From contig JBPOGF010000029.1 in NCBI GenBank assembly GCA_051251915.1, positions 1-37,667 of the forward strand: 37,667 nt of DNA, in the 5' to 3' direction. The stretch comes from Akkermansiaceae bacterium (GTDB lineage Bacteria; Verrucomicrobiota; Verrucomicrobiia; Verrucomicrobiales; Akkermansiaceae). The notes beneath the pieces were generated by a model. It worked only from the letters and a program-made list of their open reading frames with translations. It was not told the DNA's origin and did not search any database. The translations under genes were made by a program, and so were the position numbers. Below are positions 9,673-19,303 of this stretch, in pieces. The stretch's first letter is position 1. Every line of letters starts with the position of its first letter.

Positions 9673-10314
9673 TTAGAGGGAATGGATTAAGGTCTTGAGT
9701 TCGGATACTGAGTGGACTACGTGGTTTGGAGACTCGGTTTGTAGTTCTTCGAGGTCCTCGAACCCCCAAGTGACGGCGATGGAGCCTATGCTGGCGTTTC
9801 TAGCTGTTTGGAGGTCGACGACGGAGTCTCCGATGAGGAAGGATTTTTGGTCAGTTTGGCTGGATAGCTCTAGGACTTCGTAGATGCCTTTAGGGTCTGG
9901 CTTTTTCTCGATGCCTTCTCGTTGGCCTAGGACGGTGTGAAAGGTGTTTTCAGGGAATAACTGGGTTACTATTTCTGTGGTGAAACCGTGTGGTTTGTTA
10001 GAGAGGACGCTGAGTTGGTGGGTTTTACTGAGGTCGTCTAACAGTTCTTGAATTCCGGGGTAGATTTCTGTGCCGCTTTTCCAGAGTTCTTGGTAGTGGA
10101 CTTTAAATGAAGCTTCGATTTTGTCTACGGTGGCTTGATCTGCTGAGGTAGCAGCGCGCTCGCAGAGGGTGCGTGAGCCATTGCCGATGAATTCTCGAAT
10201 GGCTTCTAAACTGTGTGTGGGGAGATGGTTTTGTTCGAGGGCAGAGTTTAATGACTGTGCAATGCCAGGAAGAGAGTTGATGAGCGTGCCATCGAGGTCG
10301 AAGATAAGATTCAT
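9673..10314 (-). CDS. HAD family hydrolase (phosphoglycolate phosphatase-like)
   Basis: FDLDGTL, SNK, KPDP and IGDS..D; probable start ATG 10314. Confidence 0.9.
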   Translation of the reverse strand: MNLIFDLDGTLINSLPGIAQSLNSALEQNHLPTHSLEAIREFIGNGSRTLCERAATSADQATVDKIEASFKVHYQELWKSGTEIYPGIQELLDDLSKTHQLSVLSNKPHGFTTEIVTQLFPENTFHTVLGQREGIEKKPDPKGIYEVLELSSQTDQKSFLIGDSVVDLQTARNASIGSIAVTWGFEDLEELQTESPNHVVHSVSELKTLIHSL

Positions 10315-10327
10315 AGAGTAATAAGAT

Positions 10328-10362
10328 AAAAAAAAGAGACTCTGTGAGTTCACAGAGTCTCT
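10328..10362 (-). terminator. Rho-independent terminator of the glycine-zipper gene
   Basis: Perfect inverted repeat AGAGACTCTGTG-AGTT-CACAGAGTCTCT next to an A-run, which reads as a U-tract on the minus strand. Confidence 0.85.
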
Positions 10363-10427
10363 GAAATTTTACAACCGAAAAAGTTGTAGTAGCTAAATTA
10401 CTTAGCAGTGACTAGCCGAGTGGCGGA

Positions 10428-10688
10428 CTAGCGGTAGTATGAACCAGCTGCGTCTTTGTTTCTGCCAACTGCGTTTCCGCCGATGCCACCTGCTGCTGCT
10501 CCGATAGCTGCACCTTCAAGACCGCGTCCAGACTGGTGACCGATAATGCCACCTAGAACTGCACCACCTAGAGCACCTGTAGCGGTGTCACGTTGAGCAT
10601 TTGATGATCCTGGAGCATATGGGTTAGCACAGTTAGAAAAAGTGAGTGCTGAAGCAGCTGCGACGATTGATAGTAGTGTTTTCTTCAT
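10428..10688 (-). CDS. Glycine-zipper (YMGG-like) small lipoprotein
   Basis: Signal peptide with FSNC; GALGGAVLGGIIG...GAAIGAAAGGIGG. Confidence 0.9.
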   Translation of the reverse strand: MKKTLLSIVAAASALTFSNCANPYAPGSSNAQRDTATGALGGAVLGGIIGHQSGRGLEGAAIGAAAGGIGGNAVGRNKDAAGSYYR

Positions 10689-10927
10689 GGTATTATTTTG
10701 TTTTGTTGTTGTGTATTTAATTTTATTTAGCTTAGTTAAATATATATTAGTTTATGACTGTGATTCGTTTTTGCAAGTCAAAGTTTCGTAAAATTGAATG
10801 ATGACGCGCAAGTTTTAATTGTTGCCTTTGAGACGTGTGTTGGAATCATTTATTCAATGCTTGTGTGATTTTTTTTTATTTTTATGACTACGATTGCTCT
10901 GGGGATTAAAATGAAGTAAAATGGGGT

Positions 10928-11227
10928 ATGGTTAAATTAGTGATAGATAATATTGCCTCGATCAATGGCGAGGTGGCGATAGCTTGGCATGATGGGGAGG
11001 AGAGTTATCTGGGGCTAGAGGCTCTGAGGAGAGCATGTCCGTGTGCTAATTGTCAGGGGGAGCCGGATGTTACAGGGCTTGTGGTAAAGCCGCCGGTCAA
11101 TTATACGGCCACTAGTTTTGATTTAGTGAAAATGGATATTATAGGAGGATATGCGGTGAGCTTTGGCTGGGGAGATGGGCACGGGACTGGGATATACAGT
11201 TATGAATATTTGAGGTCGCTTCGCTAA
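10928..11227 (+). CDS. DUF971 / GBBH-like N-terminal domain protein
   Basis: LRRACPCANC, GGYAV..W.DGH.TGIYSYEYL. Confidence 0.9.
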   Translation: MVKLVIDNIASINGEVAIAWHDGEESYLGLEALRRACPCANCQGEPDVTGLVVKPPVNYTATSFDLVKMDIIGGYAVSFGWGDGHGTGIYSYEYLRSLR

Positions 11228-11267
11228 GGGGAAAGTTGGGAGGATAAAGGATAAAGATCCTTGTTTA

Positions 11268-11891
11268 TTATAGGGCGCAGAAGTTTTTCAAGAGCTGAAG
11301 GCCAGCGTGTTGGGATTTTTCTGGGTGGAACTGGGTGGCGAAGAGTTTGCCTTTGGCGATGGCTCCGTGAAATGTCTGGGTGCCGTAGGTGGTGGTGCAG
11401 GCTCCTTCTTCGGGGTGCGCTAGTGAGGGGAAGTAGGAGTGCACGTAGTAGAAGTAGGGTGCTGCTTCTTTTTGGATGAGGTGTTCCCACATCGGGTGAT
11501 CTGGCTGGGTAGGGTTGACGATGTTCCAGCCCATGTGAGGGATTTTAAGTCCTGGTTCTGGTTTAAATTTTACGACTTGTCCTTTGAATACTCCTAGTCC
11601 TGCGGCGTCTGGTGATTCATCGCTGCCTTCGAATAGTAGCTGGTAGCCTACGCAAATACCTAGGAATGGTTTGTCATCGCTGATCCACTGAAGGATGATG
11701 TCAAACATGCCAGCATTTTTCAGTTTGCGTGAGCAGTCGCCGAATTCACCTTGGCCGGGTAGGACGAGGTGGGTGATGTCATTTAGTTCGCTGGGTGAAG
11801 TGATGATGCTGGCATCTGCTCCGATGGCGATAAATGCATTGTGAACGCTGTGGAGATTTCCCGCGCCGTAGTCGATGATTCCTACTTTCAT
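11268..11891 (-). CDS. hisH: Imidazole glycerol phosphate synthase glutaminase subunit
   Basis: IDYGAGNL.SV, GICVGYQ, PHMGWN, YYVHSY and QFHPEKS. Confidence 0.97.
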   Translation of the reverse strand: MKVGIIDYGAGNLHSVHNAFIAIGADASIITSPSELNDITHLVLPGQGEFGDCSRKLKNAGMFDIILQWISDDKPFLGICVGYQLLFEGSDESPDAAGLGVFKGQVVKFKPEPGLKIPHMGWNIVNPTQPDHPMWEHLIQKEAAPYFYYVHSYFPSLAHPEEGACTTTYGTQTFHGAIAKGKLFATQFHPEKSQHAGLQLLKNFCAL

Positions 11892-11903
11892 ATTTAATAG
11901 GGA

Positions 11904-12488
11904 TTAGAGTACTTCCTTGGTGCTAGGGATGCCGGTGACGCGAGGGTCTACTTCACAGGCTTGCTTGAGTGCTCTGGCGAGTCCCTTGAAGAGTGATTCT
12001 GCGATGTGGTGGCCGTCTCTGCCGTAGAGGACTTCAGCGTGAATATTGGCACGTAAGTTAGAGGTTACGGCTCTGAAGAATTCTTCGACTAGTGAGAACG
12101 GGAAGTTCTGAGCGTCTGGAGTATTTTCAGGGAAACGGAATTCTAGGTGTGGTCTGTTAGAGAGGTCAATGACGACACGGCTGAGTGTTTCATCCATGGG
12201 GAGATAGGCGGTGCCATATCTGCTGATACCGGATTTGTCACCGAGTGCGGACTTGAGGCACTCGCCGATGACGATGCCTGTGTCTTCTACGGTGTGGTGA
12301 AAGTCTACTTCTACGTCTCCGTCGACTGTGACATCAAGGTCAATGAGGCTGTGGCGAGAAAATAAGGTCAGCATGTGATCGAAGAAGGGGATGCCTGTAT
12401 CGATCTTAGAGGTTCCTGAGCCGTCAATATTTAGTGATAGCTGGATCTTGGTCTCGGCAGTGTCGCGTTTTTGTGAAGCTGTTCTCAT
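11904..12488 (-). CDS. hisB: Imidazoleglycerol-phosphate dehydratase
   Basis: FFDHML, D.HHTVED, PMDE, HHIAE..FK and PSTK; probable start ATG 12488. Confidence 0.97.
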   Translation of the reverse strand: MRTASQKRDTAETKIQLSLNIDGSGTSKIDTGIPFFDHMLTLFSRHSLIDLDVTVDGDVEVDFHHTVEDTGIVIGECLKSALGDKSGISRYGTAYLPMDETLSRVVIDLSNRPHLEFRFPENTPDAQNFPFSLVEEFFRAVTSNLRANIHAEVLYGRDGHHIAESLFKGLARALKQACEVDPRVTGIPSTKEVL

Positions 12489-12582
12489 GATGTTGTTTGT
12501 GCTGGGGGGATCATGAACTTGGGAGGGGCAAGATGCAATATCTTTCATGCCATTCCTTTTTGATGGCTGTTGTTAGAGATGA

Positions 12583-13857
12583 CTATTGGCTTAGTCTTTT
12601 TTCCAGATCTTGCTTTTTCTTGATGTTGTCGATGGCTTTTTTGGGGAGTTTTTTACCTTTTTTATTGCCGTTTTTAGCATCCTCTTTGGCTTGTTCGCGT
12701 GCTGCTTTCTCAGCCTCTTTTGCTTTTTCTTTGGCTAGCTTTTCGTCCGCTTTTCTCTGATCTTCCATTTGTTCCATTACGGCTTTAGCTGCATCGAGTT
12801 TTGGTTCAAATTCATCGATGTAAGCTTCTGGTGGTTTAGCGCGCTTGAATAGGTCGAAATTTTCCTTGGCTTTTGGATAGTCACCGGCTTCCAGTGCTGA
12901 GTATGTGTCTTTGTAGAACGAGCCGACATCGATGGTTGGCTTTTCAATGGCTGAAGAGATTCTTTTCACTTCTGACGGAACCATTTTAAGGTTATTTTCG
13001 ATGGGGTCTATGAAGTATGAGTTGATGGGCAGCCATTTGACTTTTTTCTTACTGGCTGTGGTTTGGTCGAGAAGGTTTTGATATTGTTGTTCTTCGCGTT
13101 CGAAGATCTTAGCTGTTCTGCTTTTATCTCCTGGAGTCATTCCTTCTAATGCACGTTCTCTTTTGGCGATGAGTTCGTCTACATTGTCATGAAGTTTTTG
13201 GAGCTTTTCTTCATAGAGTGGTAAAATGGAAAGTGCTAGTTTTTGGGCTTTTCTGTATTGCTTGGTGTCTGAGTATCCATCTTCCATGTTCTCAAGTGTG
13301 CTGAGTGCTGCGCGGTATTGCTTCCTCTTTGCGTAGGCTACAAATTTGTTATACCCGATGCTGGCTTGGACATTATATTTGTCTGCTTCTATGTCTTCAG
13401 CAGTGAGAAGTTTTCCGTTAAGTTTGATGCCACCAGATTTGATAGTGTGGTATTCATTCTTGAGAGTTTTTAATAGTTTCTCAGCGTCTTCTAGATGTGG
13501 AGATGATGGGTAGTCCTTGATAAATGGTGCAACTTTGGAGCTGATGATAGTCTCGTATTCATCAAGATCCATGAGGTCTGAGGTAGGTAGGATAGATGTG
13601 AGTTTCTCATAGGCGGCAATGGATGGATCTGTTTTAGTGATCTCTGCAACGTTGGATTTTAGAACGGTTTTCTCTGCGTAGACATTGTTGGTGACTTCTG
13701 CTCTGAGAACGTAGCTATCTGCGGTTTCACGAAGAATACTGCCATTGATAGTGGTGCCATCTTTCATCAAATAGGTGTCAGCAAAGGCTGAGGAATTTGC
13801 CAAAACAAGGATCGAGAGTGGAGTGATGGTGGAAATTATTTTATTTCTAAGTTTCAT
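12583..13857 (-). CDS. Secreted helical protein, PTPDL-family-like
   Basis: Signal peptide (AFA-D), D...KDG..I.G.IL.E N-terminal module, LPTSDLM motif and a charged C-terminal tail. Confidence 0.7.
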   Translation of the reverse strand: MKLRNKIISTITPLSILVLANSSAFADTYLMKDGTTINGSILRETADSYVLRAEVTNNVYAEKTVLKSNVAEITKTDPSIAAYEKLTSILPTSDLMDLDEYETIISSKVAPFIKDYPSSPHLEDAEKLLKTLKNEYHTIKSGGIKLNGKLLTAEDIEADKYNVQASIGYNKFVAYAKRKQYRAALSTLENMEDGYSDTKQYRKAQKLALSILPLYEEKLQKLHDNVDELIAKRERALEGMTPGDKSRTAKIFEREEQQYQNLLDQTTASKKKVKWLPINSYFIDPIENNLKMVPSEVKRISSAIEKPTIDVGSFYKDTYSALEAGDYPKAKENFDLFKRAKPPEAYIDEFEPKLDAAKAVMEQMEDQRKADEKLAKEKAKEAEKAAREQAKEDAKNGNKKGKKLPKKAIDNIKKKQDLEKRLSQ

Positions 13858-14019
13858 GAGATCGAGAAAGCTGATGATTAAAATTTAGCTTAAGTATTTA
13901 CTTTAGATGTTTTAGATAGCTTGTAAAGCTACTTCTCCACGACATTTGTTAGAGACTAGAGGTAGGGGGTAAATGGCGCTTGTCATCAACGATATAGAGG
14001 GTGTATCAATAATGAATAT

Positions 14020-14730
14020 ATGCGAATAGTTGCACTACATGGACAGGTTGGAATGGCGAGTGATTGGGACAGTTTAGCTGGTAAGTTAGCGGCTGTTGGT
14101 CATGAGTGTGAGTCGGTGGATCTGTGGAGATATCTTGAGGAAGGTGAGCTCGGGATGGATGGATTTGGTATGCAACTGAATGTAGATGAGGGTGATGGGC
14201 AGGTGTTGCTAGGTTACTCAATGGGGGGGCGGTTGGCTTTACATGCGCTGACTGATGATCCGGAAAAGTGGAAGATGGCGGTGATCGTGTCTGCTCATGG
14301 TGGGTTACCTGATGATGCTCGGGCGGCGCGCAGGTTAGTGGATGATGAGTGGGCTGATAAGGTGGCGGCGCTGCCTTGGTCTGAATTTCTGGCTCAGTGG
14401 AATAGTCAGGGGGTGCTGGGGAATGATGTGATGCCGGATCGAGCGGTGTTAGATAATAGGAAGGAGGCTGTGGCTCGTTCTTTTAAATGCTGGAGCTTGG
14501 CGGAGCAGGAGGTGATGTTTCAGAAGCTGTTAGATGTTAAGATACCAGTTTTGTTTGTGGTGGGTGGGAATGATGAGAAATTTCTTTCACAATGGGGGGG
14601 AGTGAGTCAGCTGATGGAGAGGTCTGAAGTGCGGGTGATAACTGATGCTGGGCATAGAGTTCCGTGGGAGGCTGAGGAGGAGCTGTTAGGGGTTATTCAT
14701 GAGTGGATAAAGCGATGGAGTAGAGCTTAA
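14020..14730 (+). CDS. menH: Alpha/beta hydrolase, MenH (SHCHC synthase)-like
   Basis: LHG, GYSMGGRLAL, R...D..WA, G..D.KF and AGH..PWE. Confidence 0.75.
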   Translation: MRIVALHGQVGMASDWDSLAGKLAAVGHECESVDLWRYLEEGELGMDGFGMQLNVDEGDGQVLLGYSMGGRLALHALTDDPEKWKMAVIVSAHGGLPDDARAARRLVDDEWADKVAALPWSEFLAQWNSQGVLGNDVMPDRAVLDNRKEAVARSFKCWSLAEQEVMFQKLLDVKIPVLFVVGGNDEKFLSQWGGVSQLMERSEVRVITDAGHRVPWEAEEELLGVIHEWIKRWSRA

Positions 14731-14784
14731 GTATAATGCTTCCACTAATTAGAAAACCCTGATAGTAATTCGCTTTATCGATTT

Positions 14785-15507
14785 ATGAAGCCTTATCAGA
14801 AATTAGCAGAGACCACCACTCCGGAAGGTGAATCGCTGGAGCTATTCCAGCATGATGACAGTTACTTTATTAGTTCCAATGGCCAGCGGCTCATGACGAG
14901 TCTGGCGCATGGTTCTGAGGAAGAGTTAGCGCGTATGGCGTGTCAGCCATTTCGCCCGGCGAAGCAGCCTACGGTTTTGATTGGTGGGTTGGGTATGTGT
15001 TTTACGCTTGCTGCGGCGGTTGAGTCATTGCCGCAGAAGGGCGCTACGTTTGTGGTGGCTGAGCTGACTGAGGCTATCTATGAATGGAACCAGACTTATA
15101 TGAAGGGAATGCATCCGGGGTTGCTGGATGATCCGAGGGTGGTGGTGAAGATAAAGCCGGTACAGAAGATCATGGCTGATGCAAATGAGGAGTTTTCTGC
15201 GATTATGCTGGATGTGGATAATGGGCCTAGTGCGTTCCATGGTGAGGATAATGATAGCTTGTATACTCTTGAGGGGATAGAGCTTGCGATGAGTGCGCTG
15301 AAGGAGGGAGGGATCTTGGCTGTGTGGTCTGCGTATTCTGATCCGAAGTATACGAAATTATTACGAAAGGCCGGACTAGAGGTGTCCGTAGTAGAGGTGC
15401 CTGCGGCTCATAAGGGCCGTAAGAATAGGCTACATACTATCTGGTTAGCGAAGAAGGGGAGCTATGTTTCTCAGAATTCACCAGAGATTAGAAAAAAACG
15501 TAGATAA
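14785..15507 (+). CDS. Spermidine synthase-like SAM-dependent methyltransferase
   Basis: LM.S..HGSEE.LA, VLIGGLGM.FTL, LDVDNGP and GG.LAVWS. Confidence 0.85.
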   Translation: MKPYQKLAETTTPEGESLELFQHDDSYFISSNGQRLMTSLAHGSEEELARMACQPFRPAKQPTVLIGGLGMCFTLAAAVESLPQKGATFVVAELTEAIYEWNQTYMKGMHPGLLDDPRVVVKIKPVQKIMADANEEFSAIMLDVDNGPSAFHGEDNDSLYTLEGIELAMSALKEGGILAVWSAYSDPKYTKLLRKAGLEVSVVEVPAAHKGRKNRLHTIWLAKKGSYVSQNSPEIRKKRR

Positions 15508-15546
15508 ATTTTTCCATTACAAACGCTCTAACATCGAACAAGCACT

Positions 15547-16971
15547 ATGAACTACTTTAAAAATAATCATTTGATACCTACCATGGCTAGTGCACTAGCC
15601 CTTACCACAATAACTTTGCACGCGGGTGAGCATACCGTGGGTGCGGGAGAATTTGAGCAAGTAATCAAGTTTGACGCGGTAGCGATGCCGGATTCAGGCG
15701 CTGGTTATCCTGTTTCAATTAAACCAGCGGTCTGGAAGTCAGTGAAGATTGAGAAATTTCTTGCTCATGGTTCTGCTGTGAAGAAGGGGGAGCAGTTACT
15801 CTGGATAGATACCGAGGATCTGGATAAGAGGGTAGAAGAGACTAGCCGCGCGCGAGTGAAGCAGCAGCTGGAGCTAGAGAAAGCGGAGCTTGAGTTAACG
15901 GAGCTGAAGGCATCTACAAAGGAATCATTAGAGAAAGCGGATCTAGAGTATGAGAGATTTAAGCAGGATTACGATTATTATAAAAAGGTGACGAAGCCTC
16001 AACATGCTTCTGATGTGGAATATGATGTTACGGTAGCGAAAGATTATTTATCCTATTCCCAAGAAGAGCTTGATCAGCTGTTGAAGATGTATGACGAAGA
16101 TGGGCTTACCGAGGAGACCGAAGAGATCATTATTCAGCGCGTTAAAAATGCGGTGATTAATTCTCAGCGGAAGCTTAAAAAGGTAGAATTAGGTGCGGAT
16201 TTTGACAAGAAGGTATCGACTCCTAGAAATGATGCTGACTGGCAAACTAAAGCGGATAGTAAGAAGCGGAAGTGGGAGCTAGCTAAGAAAAACTTACCTC
16301 TAGCACTGAAGATAAAAGAGCTAGATTTGGCTAAGCTTAGACACGATGATAAGAAGGCTGAGGAAAATCTTGCTGAGCTGAAAGCTGATCGTGCGCTTAT
16401 GGAGTTTAAGTCACCTGCAGATGGGGTGGTTTATTTTGGTGAATTTAAGGATGGGAAATGGATTAGCGAGCCAGCTGCGAAGGTGGTGCGCAAGGGGGGA
16501 GATGTTCCGGCTAGGATGACTATTATGACGGTAGTGCCTGATGATGCCGAACTAAAGTTCAATGCATTTTTCTCTGAAAAGCAAATGGCACAATTTCAAT
16601 CTGATCACGTGGGACATCTGAGGATGGTGAGTAATCCTTGGAAGAGTGTTGCTGTTAAGCCTGAGCTTGTGAGTGAAAGCCCGACGCTTTCTCATGAATG
16701 GCTAGTTTCTTTCAGCACTGAGGGAGGATTTTCTGATGAGGTTCTTGTGGGTTCAAAGGCAAATGTTACCATTGTGACATCATCTGCGGATGATGTGCTT
16801 AGCATTCCTGTGAATGCTGTTAAAACGAATCCTGACGGGACATATTCTGTGAGGGTGAAGATGGCAGAAGGTGATCCTAAGGTGACAAATATTGAACTAG
16901 GCAGACAGGCTGGCGACAAGCTTGAGGTTCTTAATGGACTTGAGAATGGGCAGGTAATCCTTACACCATAG
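15547..16971 (+). CDS. Efflux RND/HlyD-type periplasmic adaptor-like protein
   Basis: Signal peptide, G..VKKG..L and SPADGVV lipoyl half-motifs around a long coiled coil, and VL.IP..AV...EVLNGL..G. Confidence 0.8.
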   Translation: MNYFKNNHLIPTMASALALTTITLHAGEHTVGAGEFEQVIKFDAVAMPDSGAGYPVSIKPAVWKSVKIEKFLAHGSAVKKGEQLLWIDTEDLDKRVEETSRARVKQQLELEKAELELTELKASTKESLEKADLEYERFKQDYDYYKKVTKPQHASDVEYDVTVAKDYLSYSQEELDQLLKMYDEDGLTEETEEIIIQRVKNAVINSQRKLKKVELGADFDKKVSTPRNDADWQTKADSKKRKWELAKKNLPLALKIKELDLAKLRHDDKKAEENLAELKADRALMEFKSPADGVVYFGEFKDGKWISEPAAKVVRKGGDVPARMTIMTVVPDDAELKFNAFFSEKQMAQFQSDHVGHLRMVSNPWKSVAVKPELVSESPTLSHEWLVSFSTEGGFSDEVLVGSKANVTIVTSSADDVLSIPVNAVKTNPDGTYSVRVKMAEGDPKVTNIELGRQAGDKLEVLNGLENGQVILTP

Positions 16972-16977
16972 TCTCGA

Positions 16978-18159
16978 ATGAAGCATTGCATCTCTAAGCT
17001 AGGGGTAAGTTTTTTATCCCTGAGTATTTCGACCCTGAGCTTATCTGCTCAGGAGGTGAAGCGTGTGCCGATGGTTCCATTGGCAGATGACGCTAAGTTG
17101 GAAGCTGCTGTGCTGGAGGATTCGATAAAGCAGGGAGTCGATTTTCTGGTGAAATCTCAGAATAAAGATGGCTCATGGGGAGCTCCGACGAAGACGAAGG
17201 GGCTTAATATTTATGCGCCGCTTCCTGGTGCGCATCATGCGTTTAGGATGGGGACGAGCTGTCTTGCTATGACGGGGCTTCTTGATTCTGGTGATCAACG
17301 ACCTGAGGTGTTGGAGGCTATTACTAAGGCTGAGGAATGGCTTCTAAAAACGTTACCACGTGTAAAGCGTGCGGATGTGACTACGACTTATAACGTGTGG
17401 GGGCATAGCTATGCTTTGTCGGCTCTGTCGGCTCTTGCTAGTAGGGACGGGGTGAGTGAGGGGCAGAAGGAAATTTATAAGAAGGCGGCTCAGAGTCAGC
17501 TTAATGCACTGGTGATGTATCAGGATGTTGATGGTGGGTGGGGTTATTACAGTAAGATTGCTACGGGGAGGCCATCTGGAGGATCGATGAGTTTTACAAC
17601 TGCGGCTGTTTTGATAGGAGTTTATGATTGTCAGAAGGCATTGGGTATTTCGCTGCCTGAAAAGCGACTTAAGCTGGGGGTAAAATCACTCCGTTATCAG
17701 CGTAATCCTGACTTTACTTACGCTTATTCTCAAGAGCATAGAATGCATCCTCAGCTGGGGATTAACCGAGCGGGTGGATCTCTGGGGAGATCTCAGTCTG
17801 GGCATGCTGCGTTGAGGCTTTCTGGCGATGCTACGGTGACTGACGAGGTTATTGTTAGCTGGCTCGATAAGTTAGTGAAGCGTAATGGCTGGTTGGATAT
17901 AGGGAGGAAGCGTCCTAAGCCGCATGAGACGCATTATGCTGTGTCTGGATACTTTTATTTCTTTGGGCATTATTATGCCGCCCGTTGCATTGAAATTTTA
18001 CCTACGGCTGCTCAGGTGGAGTGGCAGGACAAGGTGGGAATGATAGTCATTGATAAGCAGGAGAGTGATGGTAGTTGGTGGGATTTTCCGCTCTACGATT
18101 ACCACAAGGGTTATGGGACTGGTTTTGCGCTATCCACTCTTACTCGTTGCCGGAAGTAG
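16978..18159 (+). CDS. Secreted prenyltransferase/squalene-cyclase repeat (QW-motif) protein
   Basis: Signal peptide; repeats QNKDGSW, QDVDGGWGY and QESDGSW. Confidence 0.82.
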   Translation: MKHCISKLGVSFLSLSISTLSLSAQEVKRVPMVPLADDAKLEAAVLEDSIKQGVDFLVKSQNKDGSWGAPTKTKGLNIYAPLPGAHHAFRMGTSCLAMTGLLDSGDQRPEVLEAITKAEEWLLKTLPRVKRADVTTTYNVWGHSYALSALSALASRDGVSEGQKEIYKKAAQSQLNALVMYQDVDGGWGYYSKIATGRPSGGSMSFTTAAVLIGVYDCQKALGISLPEKRLKLGVKSLRYQRNPDFTYAYSQEHRMHPQLGINRAGGSLGRSQSGHAALRLSGDATVTDEVIVSWLDKLVKRNGWLDIGRKRPKPHETHYAVSGYFYFFGHYYAARCIEILPTAAQVEWQDKVGMIVIDKQESDGSWWDFPLYDYHKGYGTGFALSTLTRCRK

Positions 18160-18188
18160 TGGAGTAGCGCAGGTTGAGGGGTTAGTTA

Positions 18189-18557
18189 CTAAAACTTAGC
18201 TCCACCGATCTGTTCGTAGAACTTGACTGGTAGGTGAGCGAGTGGCTCTCTGAGTTTAGCGATTTCTTCTGATGGTCCGTGGATTTCTAGGCAGTACATG
18301 TCTGACATAGTGAGGGCTTTCTCGATCTGGCCGCCTACATTTTCTAGGTGGGTGAGGACGCCTTCTGCTCCTTCGTATGACTCACGGCAGAATGCGGAGT
18401 TTTCTTCTGCGCAGTAGCTGAAGTCGTAGTAGAAGCATTTGTCTTCTGTTTGTGTGCGTTCGATGAAGTCTTTGATGTTTGCTTTGAAGTCTTCAAGGCG
18501 ACCTTCGTTGATTTTGAAGTATGGGTGGATGCTGACTGATTTAGATATGTTGCTCAT
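18189..18557 (-). CDS. ABM/dimeric alpha-beta barrel protein (putative quinol monooxygenase-like)
   Basis: T..E..C.YY.F....RE.Y..AEG.L.HL pattern; probable start ATG 18557. Confidence 0.75.
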   Translation of the reverse strand: MSNISKSVSIHPYFKINEGRLEDFKANIKDFIERTQTEDKCFYYDFSYCAEENSAFCRESYEGAEGVLTHLENVGGQIEKALTMSDMYCLEIHGPSEEIAKLREPLAHLPVKFYEQIGGAKF

Positions 18558-18624
18558 AAGATGATAGTTTGGTGTAGGAATGAGCTGAGTCAATGGAGAA
18601 AAGGGATCACTGAGAAATCTGCAC

Positions 18625-18657
18625 AAAAAAAACGCCACTGAATGAACAGAGGCGTTT
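18625..18657 (-). terminator. Terminator downstream of rplI
   Basis: AAACGCC.CTG...CAG.GGCGTTT hairpin next to an A8 run. Confidence 0.75.
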
Positions 18658-18692
18658 CTTGTCTTGAAACTAATTTGATGTGTAAAGTCAGC

Positions 18693-19151
18693 TTATGACT
18701 CTTTTGCAACCACGTTGATTGTGAGTGTTGCGTTAACATCTTGAGCAAGCTTGATTTCAACGTCAGTTTTGCCAGAAGTTTTGATTGGTTGGTCGAGTTG
18801 GATCGCTTTACGATCGATTTCGATGCCGCCTTCTTCGAGTTTCTTGTGAATGTCGATAGAAGTAACTGAACCGAATGCTTTACCACCTTGACCGATTTCG
18901 AGGTCAAAGCTTGGTGAGAATTTCTTGATTTTAGATGCTGTCTTCTCAGCAGCTGCGAGTTCTTCAGCGAGACGCTCAGCGCGCTTAGCTTTAAGTTCTT
19001 CGAGGTTAGCGAGGTTTTCTTCAGTAGCTTCGAATGCCTTGCCTTGTGGGACGAGGTAGTTGCGAGCGAAACCTGCTTTTACTTTAACGATGTCAGCTTC
19101 GTAGCCGAGGTTGTCGATTTTAGTGCGGAGAATTACTTTTGTAGTAGCCAT
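18693..19151 (-). CDS. rplI: 50S ribosomal protein L9
   Basis: LG...DIVKVKAGFARNYLVPQGKA, FGSVT..DI and PIKT.G. Confidence 0.98.
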   Translation of the reverse strand: MATTKVILRTKIDNLGYEADIVKVKAGFARNYLVPQGKAFEATEENLANLEELKAKRAERLAEELAAAEKTASKIKKFSPSFDLEIGQGGKAFGSVTSIDIHKKLEEGGIEIDRKAIQLDQPIKTSGKTDVEIKLAQDVNATLTINVVAKES

Positions 19152-19303
19152 GTTAATTTAGGTTAGATGTTAGTTTGTTTGAATCAGGGTCTACAGAGGT
19201 AGAACCGTGTCCCTTAAGGATTGAAGGCGAGGAATTAGCCTTGTATGGGAGTCGAGTCAAGTCGCGAATAGGGTTTTTTCTTTGAAAATAGGTTATTTAT
19301 GGA

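Noticed and set aside
13917..13931. TAGCTT-GTA-AAGCTA palindrome between divergent genes
   Set aside because: It could be an operator, but it is a single short AT-rich instance with no nearby regulator, so the evidence is insufficient.
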